From the human T2T-CHM13v2.0 reference genome, Homo sapiens: a DNA stretch of 64,000 nt. Both the position numbers and the translations under genes were made by a program. Below the pieces are notes generated by a model. It was given only the letters and a program-made list of their open reading frames with translations, was not told the DNA's origin and did not search any database. Of the stretch, positions 37,041 through 53,481 are shown in pieces; the stretch's first letter is position 1; each line of letters begins with the position of its first letter. The DNA lies in assembly GCF_009914755.1 (NCBI RefSeq), contig NC_060931.1; one strand, given 5' to 3'.

Positions 37041-37722
37041 TGCTGACCTTGTTATTCCTGCTACTACTGCTACTGCTTAACTCAAGGCATTAAAATCCCT
37101 GATTTTGACCTATATAGGACTCCAGATACACAAAAGTGATAAGTAACGTATCTGCCATGAATTTCATTTCTTTCTTATTCTGTTAAACATTTGCTTTCTG
37201 TTTCATTAGTTTAAATACAGTGCACACACACAGCACATTTTATAAGTGGAAATAAGGAAATGAGCACAGTAACAGAAAGCCAAATATTATTTTTATGGCT
37301 ACAATGGTGTTTAAATAGAAATACTGCCCCAGAAAGAAAGGGAAAAACACAAACCCTAGGATGAATACGTACACAGAACCAAAACTTTTTTTCCAAACTG
37401 TCTAGAGTAAGCAGTCTGTAATCTAGAGAAGAATCACTGTGAAGAAAAGAAACCCCAGCTGACTAAAGCTAAAGCACACGCTGTTGCTCAGCCATCGCTG
37501 TATGTGGGAGAGCTCAAGAGTTAAGAGAGAGTCTAACAAGATTTATACTTTGGGCAAATAGCTTACCCTTTCTCATCCTCCATTTTCTCCTGGTAAACTA
37601 TCTACCTACCTGTGGAGGTTTCTCTCAAAGGATCAAATGGCACAGGTACATAATGTACTTGGCACTCACAAATGCTCATTCTTCTTTTCCCTAATCTTGT
37701 TAACTGGCCATACATCTAAATT

Positions 37723-38006
37723 GTTTATTTTTTTTTATTTTTGAGACAGGGTCTCACTCTGTCACCCAGGCTGGAATACAGTGGCTCAATCACGGCTCAT
37801 TGCAGCCTCAACCTCCTGGGGCTCAGGGTATTCTCCCACCTCAGCCTCCCAAGTAGCTGGGACCACAGGTGTGTGCCACCATGCCTGGCTAATTTTTTTA
37901 TTTTTTAGTAGAGATGGGGTTTCACCGTGTTACCCAGGCTGACCTGGAACTCCTGGGCTCAAGCAATCTGCTTGCCTCCTCGGACTCACAAAGTGCTAGG
38001 ATTATA
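37723..38006 (-). mobile_element. AluJ-like
   Basis: Reverse dimer. Confidence 0.9.
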
Positions 38007-38505
38007 GCTAAATTCTTTAAGTTATTCTAGAACTTAAAGTGGTCTCGGAGAGTAAGCTCTCATAGAATCACTTTTTCTGGGTTATAATTAAGTTCAGGCC
38101 AAGGACTTTACAAAGAGCAGAAACAATGACCATCCATCTGAACCTCACTTCGTTTAACAGATGAAAATGTACAAGTTTAGAGAGTTTAAGTTACTTCTCA
38201 AAAAGACAATATGTCCAACAGATGGCAGAAGTGACCTCATGCTACTCCTTGTCATGATAAAACAGCTTATGAGATATCTGTATTTGTCATATACATATAC
38301 ATATGTATGTATATATATACACATATATATCATAATTCTACCAAATACATTAATAAATGTTTGGCTCATTGTTTTAAACAATGAAGGGATAAGGGAGAAA
38401 GGAAAAAAGGACACTTTGATTCAAAGACCACAAAGACAACATCAAAATAGGGTTTTGAACAACATCTAGTGGTCTAATGTAGCTAGGACATAAAAAGCAA
38501 GGAAG

Positions 38506-38832
<327 letters not shown>

Positions 38833-38963
38833 CTATAGAGGGTTAAAAGACTGGACAGTAAAGATGGGACTAGATTGTGAGCCTGGACTCCCTCTAAGGA
38901 GGTTAGGCTACACTGCAAGCAATGGGGAAACACTGAACACACTTAAAAGGCTGTGTACTTAAG

Positions 38964-39205
38964 GGCTGGACACAGTGGCTCATGCATGTAATCACAGCCA
39001 TTTGGGAGGCCGAGGCGAGTGGATCACGAGGTCAGGAGTTCGAGACTAGCCTGGCCAACACAGTGAAGGCTCGTCTCTACTAAAAATTCAAAAATTAGTC
39101 GGGCGTGGTGGCGCGTGCCTGCAGTCACAGCAACTTGGGAGCCTGAGGCAGGAGAATTGCTTGAACCCAGGAGGCGGAGGTTGCGGAGACTCCATCTAAA
39201 AAGAA
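38964..39205 (+). mobile_element. AluS-like with right-arm deletion
   Basis: ggaggttgc joins directly to ggagactcc. Confidence 0.88.
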
Positions 39206-39729
39206 AATGATGTACTTAGGGAAGACAACTCTGATAGCAGGATTAAAAAGAAAGGAAGTGGCTAAAAACTGGAGCTTGGGAGATGGATTGAATGAAAACA
39301 GAAGAAGCCTAGAACACCCAATAACACTGAACCACCATGCCACATATTTCACCTATTTCATTTAAACTCATGCTCCTAGCAAACCCTCAAGGTAGGTATT
39401 ATAATCCCCACTTTTTAATAGTGAATAGCAACCCAGTCAAAAGATGAGGAGGCAGTGCAATGAAAAGAGAAAAAGCAGAATAAATCCAAGAGACAACAAA
39501 GAAGATGAATCAATAAGACTTGAGAGTATTTGGATAGTCACAAATTTTGGACTTTGTAGGGCTGGTTGGTCAGGAGGAGAGTGGGAAGAGTCAGAAATGG
39601 CAGCACCACTAATCAAGGTGGATTGTGACCCAGTGAGTTTGAGAAGGGTTTGAGGTCATGGGAAAGCAAGAACCCAAGAGAAAGTCCTCATTGACACCCA
39701 AAGGAAATGGATTCAGGCTGCTTTAGGGG

Positions 39730-39960
39730 TAAAAATAAATAAATAAATAAAATAAAAAATAAAAATAAAAATAAATAAATTAGCCCACTGTGGTGTTGCA
39801 GGCCTGTAGTCCCAGCTACTGGGAGGATCCCTTGAGCCCAGGAAGTTGAGGCTGCAGTGAGCTGTTATCATGCCACTGCACTCCAGCCTGGGCGACAGAG
39901 CGAGACTCCGTCTCAAAGAAAGAAAGAAAGAAAAGAAACAAAAAGAAGAGAAAAGAAAAA
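39730..39960 (+). mobile_element. Alu right monomer with A-rich simple repeats
   Basis: (TAAA)n linker, right arm, (GAAA)n tail. Confidence 0.82.
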
Positions 39961-41497
39961 ATTGGTGCAGTGATCTTTCTTCTCTCTAAATAATAAGCTT
40001 TTTCAAAGTTGTCTATTCACACAATCTCCATTTCCTCACCTCCCATCCACTCAGTCTTTCACCCCAATCAATCTGTGGAAACAGGTCTCATTACCAAATA
40101 GCCATCCTCTCCTAACAAACCCCCTCCCCTAACACACACAAAGTCCAGTTTTCAGAAATGCTCTTTAAAAAACAAAAAACAAAAAAATCTGATACAAACA
40201 AAACGAAAAAACCTCCAAAGGGTTTTTTGAGGGCAAAGGTCAGCATGATGGTTCACAGGGTCTGTGTTTCTAACCCTACCCACACTCTCCACACTCTCCT
40301 CTGCTCCATAAACACGGCCTGAAACTATTTCCTCAGATGTATCATGTACCCACTTCAGGGCGACCAACTGCCACGTTGTCATATCCTTGGGGTATGGGGA
40401 AATGTATAGTCACAGGATTATGGACTGCCATCCATGACAGATGTTAAAGCAACACAAAATGATCAAACTATGAAACACCATTTCACACGATGCACTGTTG
40501 AAAGGGCAAGAAGGAGCAGAAGCACGTAAAACCTGAGCCTTGAAACTCTGGACTGGTTTTTCTGGAGGAAAAATACTGGGAGCCCATTTGCTGAATGTGC
40601 AAAATGACACGCTCTGCCAACAGGTGCTCCAGTGACAAAGGAGCCTCAGCCCGAGAGTGGGTCACACAAGAATGCTCCTCATGCCCAGTGTCTTCTGGGC
40701 ACTCAGAAGACCACAGATAAAATGACAGAAAAAGTAGGAATGAGGAAGAGTGGGTTGTCTGTATGGTCCTGTGTTAACTAGCTTTGAGCTCTTCAAGCTT
40801 GACAAACCCCTTAACATATCTAGCTAGAGTTTCTGTAATTAAATGTGGCAAATTTCAAACTATTTCTTGTTATGTAACTGTTTCCAAAATTAACAATGTA
40901 AATGAAAATAATCCACCCTTGATTTCAGGCCAACACCAACTGAAAGTAGATGTGTACATGAATACACAAAAACTGTAAACAACCTGTGTTTCAAAAAGTG
41001 CTTTAAAACTTGATAAAGATCTTTCCATTGTACTGATTTTGATTCAATTTAAGATCCATGAATTCTGAAAGAGCAATCTAAACAAATAAGTAATAAATAA
41101 ATAAAAATACCATGAATTGTAAGGCACCCTGATGTGTCATGTGCCACTAAGGAAGTAAAAATGTTATCAATTATAGTTAGGTCACACGTTATACATGACA
41201 TATAGTGATATCAGTGGTGTTAAAATGTGAATAAAATGTCTATCTCAAAATGGATGAAATATAGCATTTTGTGTTGGAAAATAAATACGTTGGGACAGGA
41301 GTGAAAACATTGCTCTTGATAATTAAATATAATCAGAAGCATAATTAATTGCTCATCCTCTTTCCCTCTGTGAACAACAGTTAGTTATAAACATACCAAA
41401 TGCTAAATTTGTTCTAGAAAACTAGAATCCAGAAGAAAATTTAAAGGTAACAAACCCCTGTGACAATTGTATTTTAAATATAAAATACAAATGTTCT

Positions 41498-41797
41498 AGC
41501 CAGGCACAGTGGCTCATGCCTGTAATCCCAGCACTTTGGCAGGCCGAGGCAGGTGGATCACCTCAGGTCGGGAGTTCGAGACCAGCCTGGCCAACGTGGT
41601 GAAACCCCATCTCTACTAAAAATACAAAAATTAGCTAGGCATGGTGGTGTATGCCTGTAGTCCCAGCTACTCAGGAGGCTAAGGCAGGAAAATCACTTGA
41701 CCCCTGGAGGCAGAGGTTGCAGTGAGCCGAGATTCCAGCCTGAGCGACAGAGTGAGACTCCATCTCAAAATAAATAAATAAATAAAAATAAAAAATA
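41498..41797 (+). mobile_element. AluS-like
   Basis: TSD acaaatgttct. Confidence 0.92.
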
Positions 41798-43131
41798 AAA
41801 CAAATGTTCTTTTTTAAAGAACAATGTATTACAAAAAGGACAACATAAAGTCCATCTAGTAATTATCAAGGACATTCTCTACATTTTTTGAAGATTAATT
41901 GCCTATTTAAGAGCAGAAGGACTTATCCCTGTGTCTCCAAACAAAGAGAGGTCTGGGCTGTGACATTTGGTGAAGACAAGTCAGCCAAGTACAAATATTT
42001 TCTCTCAATAACTGCACATATGGGTAAAATGCTTTCAAAAAATAAGAATTCTCTATTTCAAAAGCAAATGTTTCATGCTTTCTTTTTTCAACATTTAAGA
42101 TTTGCCAACTGCCTAGAATTCAATGCACTGCTTTATCATGTAAACAGCTAAAGAAAAAAATCACAGTAGTAAAACATACATTTGGGATTTCAACACACTC
42201 ATAAATTATGAAGCGGCAAATCATTCCCAGAGTAGACATTTAATAAATACTAATTGAGTTCTTGTCCATTACGTAACAACAAAGATGCTGATGTTAAATC
42301 TGGAAAGTATTCAGAAGTGTATTTTCAGATATCTCTGACTAAATAACATTAAACTTACTATTCTGTATTTGCTCTCCTTATCCTTATTGAAGAGAAAGGG
42401 CCCTTTTGATACAATGCTAGATAACATGGCTAATGAAACTACGTCAATTCACTGAAATGTCTGCAAAGGGCTTCAGTGGGGGTAAAATTAAACTGTTCCC
42501 ATCCTTCACATTCAATAAGATTCCAGGCAATACTGGTATTACTCCCAGAGGCATTTAGGGAACCAGTGGGAGGGCAGATACATCCAAGCACAGGAAGTAC
42601 ACTGGATAATAAGAGGGAGAATGTTCTGTGGGAGGTATGTATACAACATTCATCAACCAAAAAAGTATTGCACTGTTATCACTGAACTTCATTCTTACCA
42701 CACTTTATTGACTTAGCAAAACAACCAGTTTTGCTAAGAAGCTAAAAGAAAACAAAGCAAACAGAAGCTTAATATACAGGATCTGAGAGTATGACAACAT
42801 TTAATAATAATTATTGCATCAAAAATAGAACATACACGCATAATATACATTTAGATATATGTACATATAAATCTATATATATATATATCACCAAACAATT
42901 TATCTTCACTAGAGTGGAAAGAACACTAGTTAGGAGTCAGAAAAACTGGACTCCAGTTCTACTATTAACTAGAGATGTTAGCTTGCAGGGAGTAACTCAG
43001 CCTCTCTAAACTTGGGCTTATTCATCTGTTCAATAAAGATTGTAACTCCTAAACGTTGTTTTAAATGTCTGTTAGTCATTTAAGGAGACCATGAGTTAGT
43101 AGTTTAAAGTGCTATACATATGGAAATTGCT

Positions 43132-43729
<598 letters not shown>

Positions 43730-44059
43730 ATGCAAATTGAAGAGTAAAGAATATATGATAAATAGGACCTTTTGATCCAACTGAGTTGTTTTTCAGGTGA
43801 AAGATAAAACATTCTAGAATTTCATATGGCTTTAAAAGCCTAAGTTACCGAATTTTTTTCATTTTTCTTTCCTTAATTTCACGTAACAAGACTATAAAAG
43901 TAAGTAAGTTTTGTTACCTTTTAAAAAAATGTATTTTCTTTTGTTAAAACTTCAAATTTGTCGCAAAGCATTCATCCAATTATAGACAAAAAATTATTTT
44001 GACAAATAATTCACAAAGAAATGCCAACCAACCAAAAGCATTTAAGAGTCCAAATAAAT

Positions 44060-44362
<303 letters not shown>

Positions 44363-44793
44363 CCAAATAAATAGTTCTGAGAGGAAAGAATGCAAAACGC
44401 AATTTGTATCTTTGGGATACAGTATATTAACAGACTTTAAGTCACCAAAATACATAAACACTCTAGAAACTTCCTCTATAATAAGAGGTTTTCCCCATAT
44501 GTAAGAAAGCAAAGCTTTCATTAGAATCAAAAAGAATGAAACAAGAGAAACAGCTGGCTTAAGAACAAAGCCTATTTATGAATACCTTTTATGACTGGAA
44601 TCCTTAGGGTGATCAAATTAAAATATCATGTTACGGTAAATTTGGAAAACATGCATAAAATATTTATTGAAATAACATAGTTATCATCTCTTTAATACCT
44701 TAAAAAATAATAGCAAGCACAAAGTGCAGGTTCATTTCCGGTATAATCAATTATACCTAAATGATATACATAAGTATTTAATTGAAAAGGTCA

Positions 44794-45321
<528 letters not shown>

Positions 45322-45553
45322 TGATCTTAAATGTTCATTTACTGTCCCTGAGCCAAGATTTTAACCAAAAAAAAGCTTCCAAAATGGGACTACTTTCTCT
45401 CTACTATCTCCATCTCATAATTACGTATACAAAAAGAAAACCTTCCAATTTAATGCATAACCTGTAAAGAAACGGAAAGGAGAAACATGTCTTCATAGCT
45501 CCTGGATAGGACAGAGAAAGAGGGAAAAAAGCACACTTTTCACTTCTTTCTGA

Positions 45554-45955
<402 letters not shown>

Positions 45956-47476
45956 TAGAGGACTGGGATGTATCTCTAAAGTCTCTCCACCTCTAAAATT
46001 CTAACAATCTTCGGCTGCACCAAAGAGCCAGCTCAGGCCACTAAAGAGCTGTCCCCTCTAACTCAGCCTTGGCCAACCCCTCCTATTTCCACTCCCTCAA
46101 ATAAAATTCCCAGCTCAGGTCCAGCTGCCTTCCCCAGGCTGGACTGGCAAGGGATAAGCGAAGTATTTCACCTGAGAACAGCATAGTTATCTACTGGAAG
46201 AAAGTGCAATTTCACAGGTTTATCAGGTAGGCTAGGAGGTTATTAAGAGCCAGGACATATAAATCTGATACAAATAGCCATTAGATTTTCAAACTTAAAA
46301 AGATTCCAGATATTACTTGTAAGGGCTTCTACTTAAAGCATTTTAAAAGTTGCATTTAACAAACATTGTTAGAATGTCTACTTTATCTAAGTCCTAGCTC
46401 TCCAGTTGCTGTGGAGAATATGAACCCCTGACCTCCAGGGATTCAAAATCCATTAGGGAAAAAAATCATAAGAAACCATATAGATTTTGGCTCAGTATCA
46501 CATTTACAGAAGTGTCAGCTCTGATTAATGAAAATGGTATAGACTTTAGAATAAGGCATTTCCAAAACATACTGGCCAAATTCTCAAGATGGTGAGGAAT
46601 ACTTTTCCTTAAGTGCTGAGCGGTCCACAGTGACAGCAAGAGTCCTGTGATCCAGCAGGTCAGAGACACTGAAAAGCTCAGAACTTTCTGAATTCAGCCA
46701 ACAAGTTAAAGGGCGCTGATGGCAACAGAGAGGGTGATGGAAAGAAACAAAGTCACTAGAGAGGTTACTTGAACCCTGATTCACTCACAAATGAATTTGG
46801 CAAAGGGGCAGACATGTTATTCTGCCCGCAGTGTCATGCGTGGTCCATCCTCTGGGAGAAAAATGACAAAAAAATAAACGAACAGTGAGACTTTTACAGG
46901 GAAACAAGGCCCAGGACATGACTACATCAGACCCTGTTCAGCCATCTCCTGAGTCTTCTGTACACTGTAAATAACAGGGTCAGAGTGAGGCTAGAGATAT
47001 CCCCAAAAGGTTAATAGAATCTTGAGGTTCTAAGGGACTTTAAGATCCCTGAGTTCAATTCAGTAGCCTCTGTTTAAGAATAGCAGAAAGTTTGTAGCAA
47101 ATTATAAAAGCATATTAAAAATGAATATAACTAAAATATGCTTGAATGGGTTATCAGGAAAAACCACATTACCAGAAGATGGGGCAAAAGAATTGAAAAC
47201 ATCTTAAAATAAATGCTTCCCAACTTTGCCCCTCATCATCCTAAACCTCAGTTTCATAATTCCTAGCCCAGTCTCTGGCACACAGTACATAGTAAGCACT
47301 GAATAACTAAGCCACTGTTTCATTATGCTATAAACAGTAACAGTTTTAATGAGATAGTAGGATATACATGTATACCATTTTTGCATTTCTACACTAATGT
47401 GATAAGGAAGCTGAGGGAAATGGTATGAATAAACTGAAGCAGAATAAACTCTGGAATGTGTTTTTGTTCTATTTGA

Positions 47477-47785
<309 letters not shown>

Positions 47786-48339
47786 AGAACTCTTAATTCA
47801 AAACAGGATTCCTACCCGACCTCATAGTTCCTTGTGGCCTCACTAACCCTCCTGGAGTCACCAGAAGGCTCTCATTAGCTCAGAAGACTCATTGATAGTC
47901 TCCTGATTCTGAAAATAATAATCTACCTGACTTCCCTTTATCTCCCTTCACTGGCCCAAGGAGCAGAAGCTGAAAACTCATGATACTAATGGTGGCCACA
48001 TGCAGACTCAGCACTTTTCCCAGAGCTTGAAGCTCCAGTTAAACAGATTCTTTTGCTCAAAGGAAAAATTTCCCACAATGGGAGCTGGCAAAATAGGCAA
48101 GCAAGGCCAGCTCTACATAAATCACGAGTAAATAAGTTTCCCCTAAAGCATTTCAGTATTCTTGCCTCTCTTACCCAAGTGACTCTACTATCATATTGTT
48201 CCCCCCATCTGCTTTTTCCATGGCCAAAACAGGTTTTCAAGAAAGATCTGATTTCCAGTGTGTGACAGATAAGGAACAAAGTGCAAATCCTCCCTAGATC
48301 ATTTCCAGTCCACATGGGTACAAGCCCTGAAACCTCAAA

Positions 48340-49222
<883 letters not shown>

Positions 49223-49365
49223 TTAAATCATTAGTCATTTGGCACAAAGTAAGACAAGCATTTAGGAAGGATCAAAGGGATTTTCTGGTATGCCAGAATT
49301 TATGCTAGCCTGGCAGCTGCCTACCGTAAAGCCAACTCTTACTTCCTGTTCAGCACTCCAAGTTA

Positions 49366-49758
<393 letters not shown>

Positions 49759-50062
49759 TCACAAATTTGACTCTGTGCCCCCAGGAAGCCAAGTCAAAAA
49801 AAGGGAAATATAATCAGTAATGATTCACATTGTCAATAACACAAAGCAGCCTGTACACAATGAGTGCACAATATTTATGGAATGAATAAATGAAAAAACC
49901 AGAGCTTAAACTCCTAATCACTCTTCATTGGGATACAGTTAATTGTTTTTTAAAAGATCTCCTGCTAGGAGTCAAATAATAGAAGCAAAAATGACCAGAA
50001 GACAGAGAGACAAAAGTCAACAGTGGAGATCCCCACCAACTCTGCTAACAAAAATTAAAACT

Positions 50063-50380
50063 GGCCAGGTACAGGGGCTCACACCTGTAATCCCAACACG
50101 TTGGGAGGCCAAGGCAGGCAGATCACTTGAGCCCAGGAGTTCAAGACCACCCTGGGCAACATAGTGAGACTCTGTCTCTACAAAAACAAAAAACAAAACA
50201 AAACAAAAAACAAACACACACACGCAAAAATTAGCCAGGTGTGGCGGGCTGAGATAGGAGGATTGCTTGAGCCCAGGAGGTCAAGGCTGTAGTGAGCCGT
50301 GATCATGCCACTGCACTCCAGCCTGGGTGACAGAGCAAGAGCTTGTCTAAGAATAAATAAATAAACATAAATAAATAAAA
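50063..50380 (+). mobile_element. AluJ-like with expanded linker and right-arm deletion
   Basis: (CAAAA)n linker and (TAAA)n tail. Confidence 0.87.
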
Positions 50381-50489
50381 ATAGAAAAGTCTTGGGGAAT
50401 AATTGAGTAGTTAAATTCTATGTGGTAAAGCGGCAGCACAGTGGTAAAGACGAAAAGATGCCTGCCATAAAATCTAGTGTTCTTTAATC

Positions 50490-50900
50490 TGTCATGTATT
50501 TAGAAAAAAAAAAAATCTTCTCTTCCTTTTCTTCTCAGTAACAGAACCCGTTTTACTTAGGGTAACTATGCATCAGCTAAATGATGACATTTCTCAGCCT
50601 TCTAGCTAGGGATGGCCAGGTTGGTGACACTTTGAACAATGTGATACGAGCCTTTTATGGTGCTTCCAGAAGTCTCCTTAAGGGAAAGGGAGGCATTCTT
50701 CTCGATTTGTCCTGCATCTGGCTACCTGGAGCCATCTTGAGCCAGGAGGGTGCCACATCCAAGGAATGGCATCGAGGAGAGCCAGAAGGACTTCAGGGCC
50801 CACCATACCAAGCCTGAACTGTCCAACTTTGGACTTCTTTCATGTGTAGGAAAAACATATTTGAGCAATCTTTCAAATCACAACAAATTAATCCTAACTG
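50490..50900. mobile_element. Old ERVL-class LTR fragment (LTR33/LTR16-like)
   Basis: Motifs cagtaacagaaccc, gctagggatggcca, ggagccatcttg and ggacttctt. Confidence 0.5.
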
Positions 50901-51004
50901 ATACGATTACCGTAACTGGGAGGTTCAGGTTTAGGGGAGCTATAAAAACACCAATGGTAACAAATGCCCAAAATACAGCTTTCCTAATCCATATGTGGGT
51001 GCCT

Positions 51005-51105
51005 TGATCAACACACTGCAGCCTTGAACTCCTGGCCTCAAGCAATCCTCCTGCCTTGACCTCCTAAAGTGCTGGGATTACAGACAGGAGCCACGGCACC
51101 TGGTC
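51005..51105 (-). mobile_element. Alu monomer fragment
   Basis: gaactcctggcctcaagcaatcctcc..aaagtgctgggattaca. Confidence 0.78.
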
Positions 51106-51114
51106 CATTTATCA

Positions 51115-51295
51115 TTTACTAAGCATTTACTATGTACCAAGCACTTTAGATAATTATTATCCTCATGCTATAGGTGATGTAAAAGAGGCTCACAGAGTTT
51201 AATAGCTTCCATAAAGCAATAAAGTTGTTAACAGTTGGATCTAGGGATGAAACCCAAGTTGACCAGATGCCAAAGCCCATGCTCTTTCCACTAAT
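51115..51295 (-). mobile_element. MIR
   Basis: ttactatgtaccaagcact..gaggctcacagag..aacccaag..ctctttccact. Confidence 0.6.
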
Positions 51296-51780
51296 CATGT
51301 TGAATCTACAAGGAAAATTCAATAAATTTATCTTGAGTAGATACCTAGGTTCTAAAGTTAGTAGCATTTAGCAAACAGTTATGGTCTCACTGACAAGGCT
51401 CACCTTTTCTTTTGTTTTGTTTTTTTGGCTTTCAACAAAATTTTCTTCCCTTTTGCAAAGTAAAAGGTACTTGGGAGATGCTCAATAAATACTAGTTCTC
51501 TTATAAATATAATTGCCCCTTTAATTTTACATGAAGAAGGTTTCAAATGCTATAACTTTCATTACTCAATTTTTCTAATTTACAGTTACATTGAAAAGAA
51601 CCATCAACAAATAATTGGTTCTGTATTTTAGTCACATAAACAAAATACACATGGTACCTTGAAGACATTTCCTTTGCTTTCAAAAGGTGTCTCAGTTTAT
51701 CCAGCATAAAACCACCTAACATGTTATCTTTCAAGCTGGGGAGAATGGCTAGTCAAGTCCCATAAAGAGAAACTGTCAGG

Positions 51781-52203
51781 TAGGAGGATCAACATATCTA
51801 GTTTGCCTGAGGATTTCCCAGTGTTAACATTTAAAGTCCTGCATCTTAGGCCAGGTGTGGTGGCTCACACCTGTAATCCCAGCACTTTCAGAGGCTGAAT
51901 GAAGCAAGCAGATCATTTGAGGCCAGGAGTTCGAGACCAGCTTGGCCAACATGGCAAAACTCTGTCTCTACTAAAAATACAAAAATTAGCCAGGCATGGT
52001 AGTGCATGCCTGTAGTCCCAGCTACTCAGGAGGCTGAGGCACAAGAATTGCTTGAACCTGAAGGTGGAGGTTGCAGTAGGCTGAGATTGAGCCACTGCAC
52101 TCCAGCCTGGGCAACATAGCAAGACTCTTGTCTCAAAAAAAAAAATTCCTGCATCTTGGGAACTCCCTTGGTTCTGGGAAAACCTGGAGGGTTGATCATT
52201 CTA
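51781..52203. mobile_element. MER81-like MITE split by an Alu
   Basis: Degenerate TIRs taggaggatcaac...gttgatcattcta; internal aaagtcctgcatctt partly duplicated around the Alu. Confidence 0.6.
51849..52145 (+). mobile_element. AluS-like inside the MER81-like element
   Basis: TSD tcctgcatctt. Confidence 0.92.
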
Positions 52204-53319
52204 TGTCTCAGGTGACCATATAAATGCATAGTCATATCTTCAAAAAAATTTATAAATGTGTGCGCAGTTTAAACTAAATTGAAGATGAAGATTATAAAGT
52301 AAGATGTGAAGGTATTCGGGTGGCTAAGCAAAAGAAAAAAATTATAATGCTATACGTAATCAGGCTTAACTAAGACAATGTTGCTAAGAATACCAAAAAA
52401 GTTTATTAGATCAAATTCTTCATTCTGATGATATTCAATATGTGCATCATCAGTATTAGCGTTCACCCAGCTAAAAAAGAGGCTCCAAACAGCACATGTA
52501 CATTTATATACAATCGGCATTTAGTCTACACATAAAAGTGAGACACTATATGAGGAAAGATTGAGAAAGAAAATCAACTTTCAGCCAAGAATTGTAAAGT
52601 ATTTCATATCTGTGAAATGGTGGAAAAGCCTAATTTCAATGTTTCAATTTTGAGGTAATCATGACAGGCTAAACTCCTGTGACAGCAGAAATTAAAAATA
52701 TGCACATTAAAGAGATTGGACCAGGTACATTCCCTCTAAGGTCCCTTCCAACTTGAACATTCCATGACAGAAGTCATCACTTGTGTGACCCTTTTACCTA
52801 ATCGGTAAACCAAGTCAGGCCAGAGAGTTACATGACATTCCAAGGATCTAGCTCTGGCTGATGATGGAGCCTGGACTACGTATCAGCCATGCTGTCACCC
52901 TAATTATGCTTAAAAACACTTGGAACCGAAGGGGCATACAATCAGCATAGGAAGATAAATGACACATTTTACTTTATGTGGGGTATTTTACTTAGTTTGG
53001 CTTCAAGTTTAAAAAAAAAAAAGAATTTGAGTCCAGAAACTCTTTAAGCTTTCATTGGCTACTTTTACCATAAAATAGCACAACATTCTGGAAAACACAC
53101 ACACACACACGCACGCACACACATATATGTTCAGAATATATAGACAGCTTAGTTTAGAGAGCTTTCCATGAGCTCTCTAAACAAACTGAAGGAACAAACA
53201 CAGTAACTTGAACAGAGAACATCTTTGTAATTGAAGGACCTTCAAAATACAGAAAATAATAACTTTCAAAACTAATGACTGCTGTCATCCGGGTGTCCTA
53301 TTAAGATGTGACCAGTTTT

Positions 53320-53481
53320 AGCTGGGTGTGGTGGCACATGCCTGTAATTCCAACTTCTCAGGAGGCTGAGGCATGAGTATCGCTTGAACACACGAGGCAC
53401 AGGTTGCAGTCAGCCGAGATTGCCCCACCGCACGCTAGCTTGGGTGACAGAGCGAGACTCCGTCTCAAAAAAAAAAAAAAA
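53320..53481 (+). mobile_element. Alu right monomer (5'-truncated)
   Basis: TSD aagatgtgaccagtt. Confidence 0.88.
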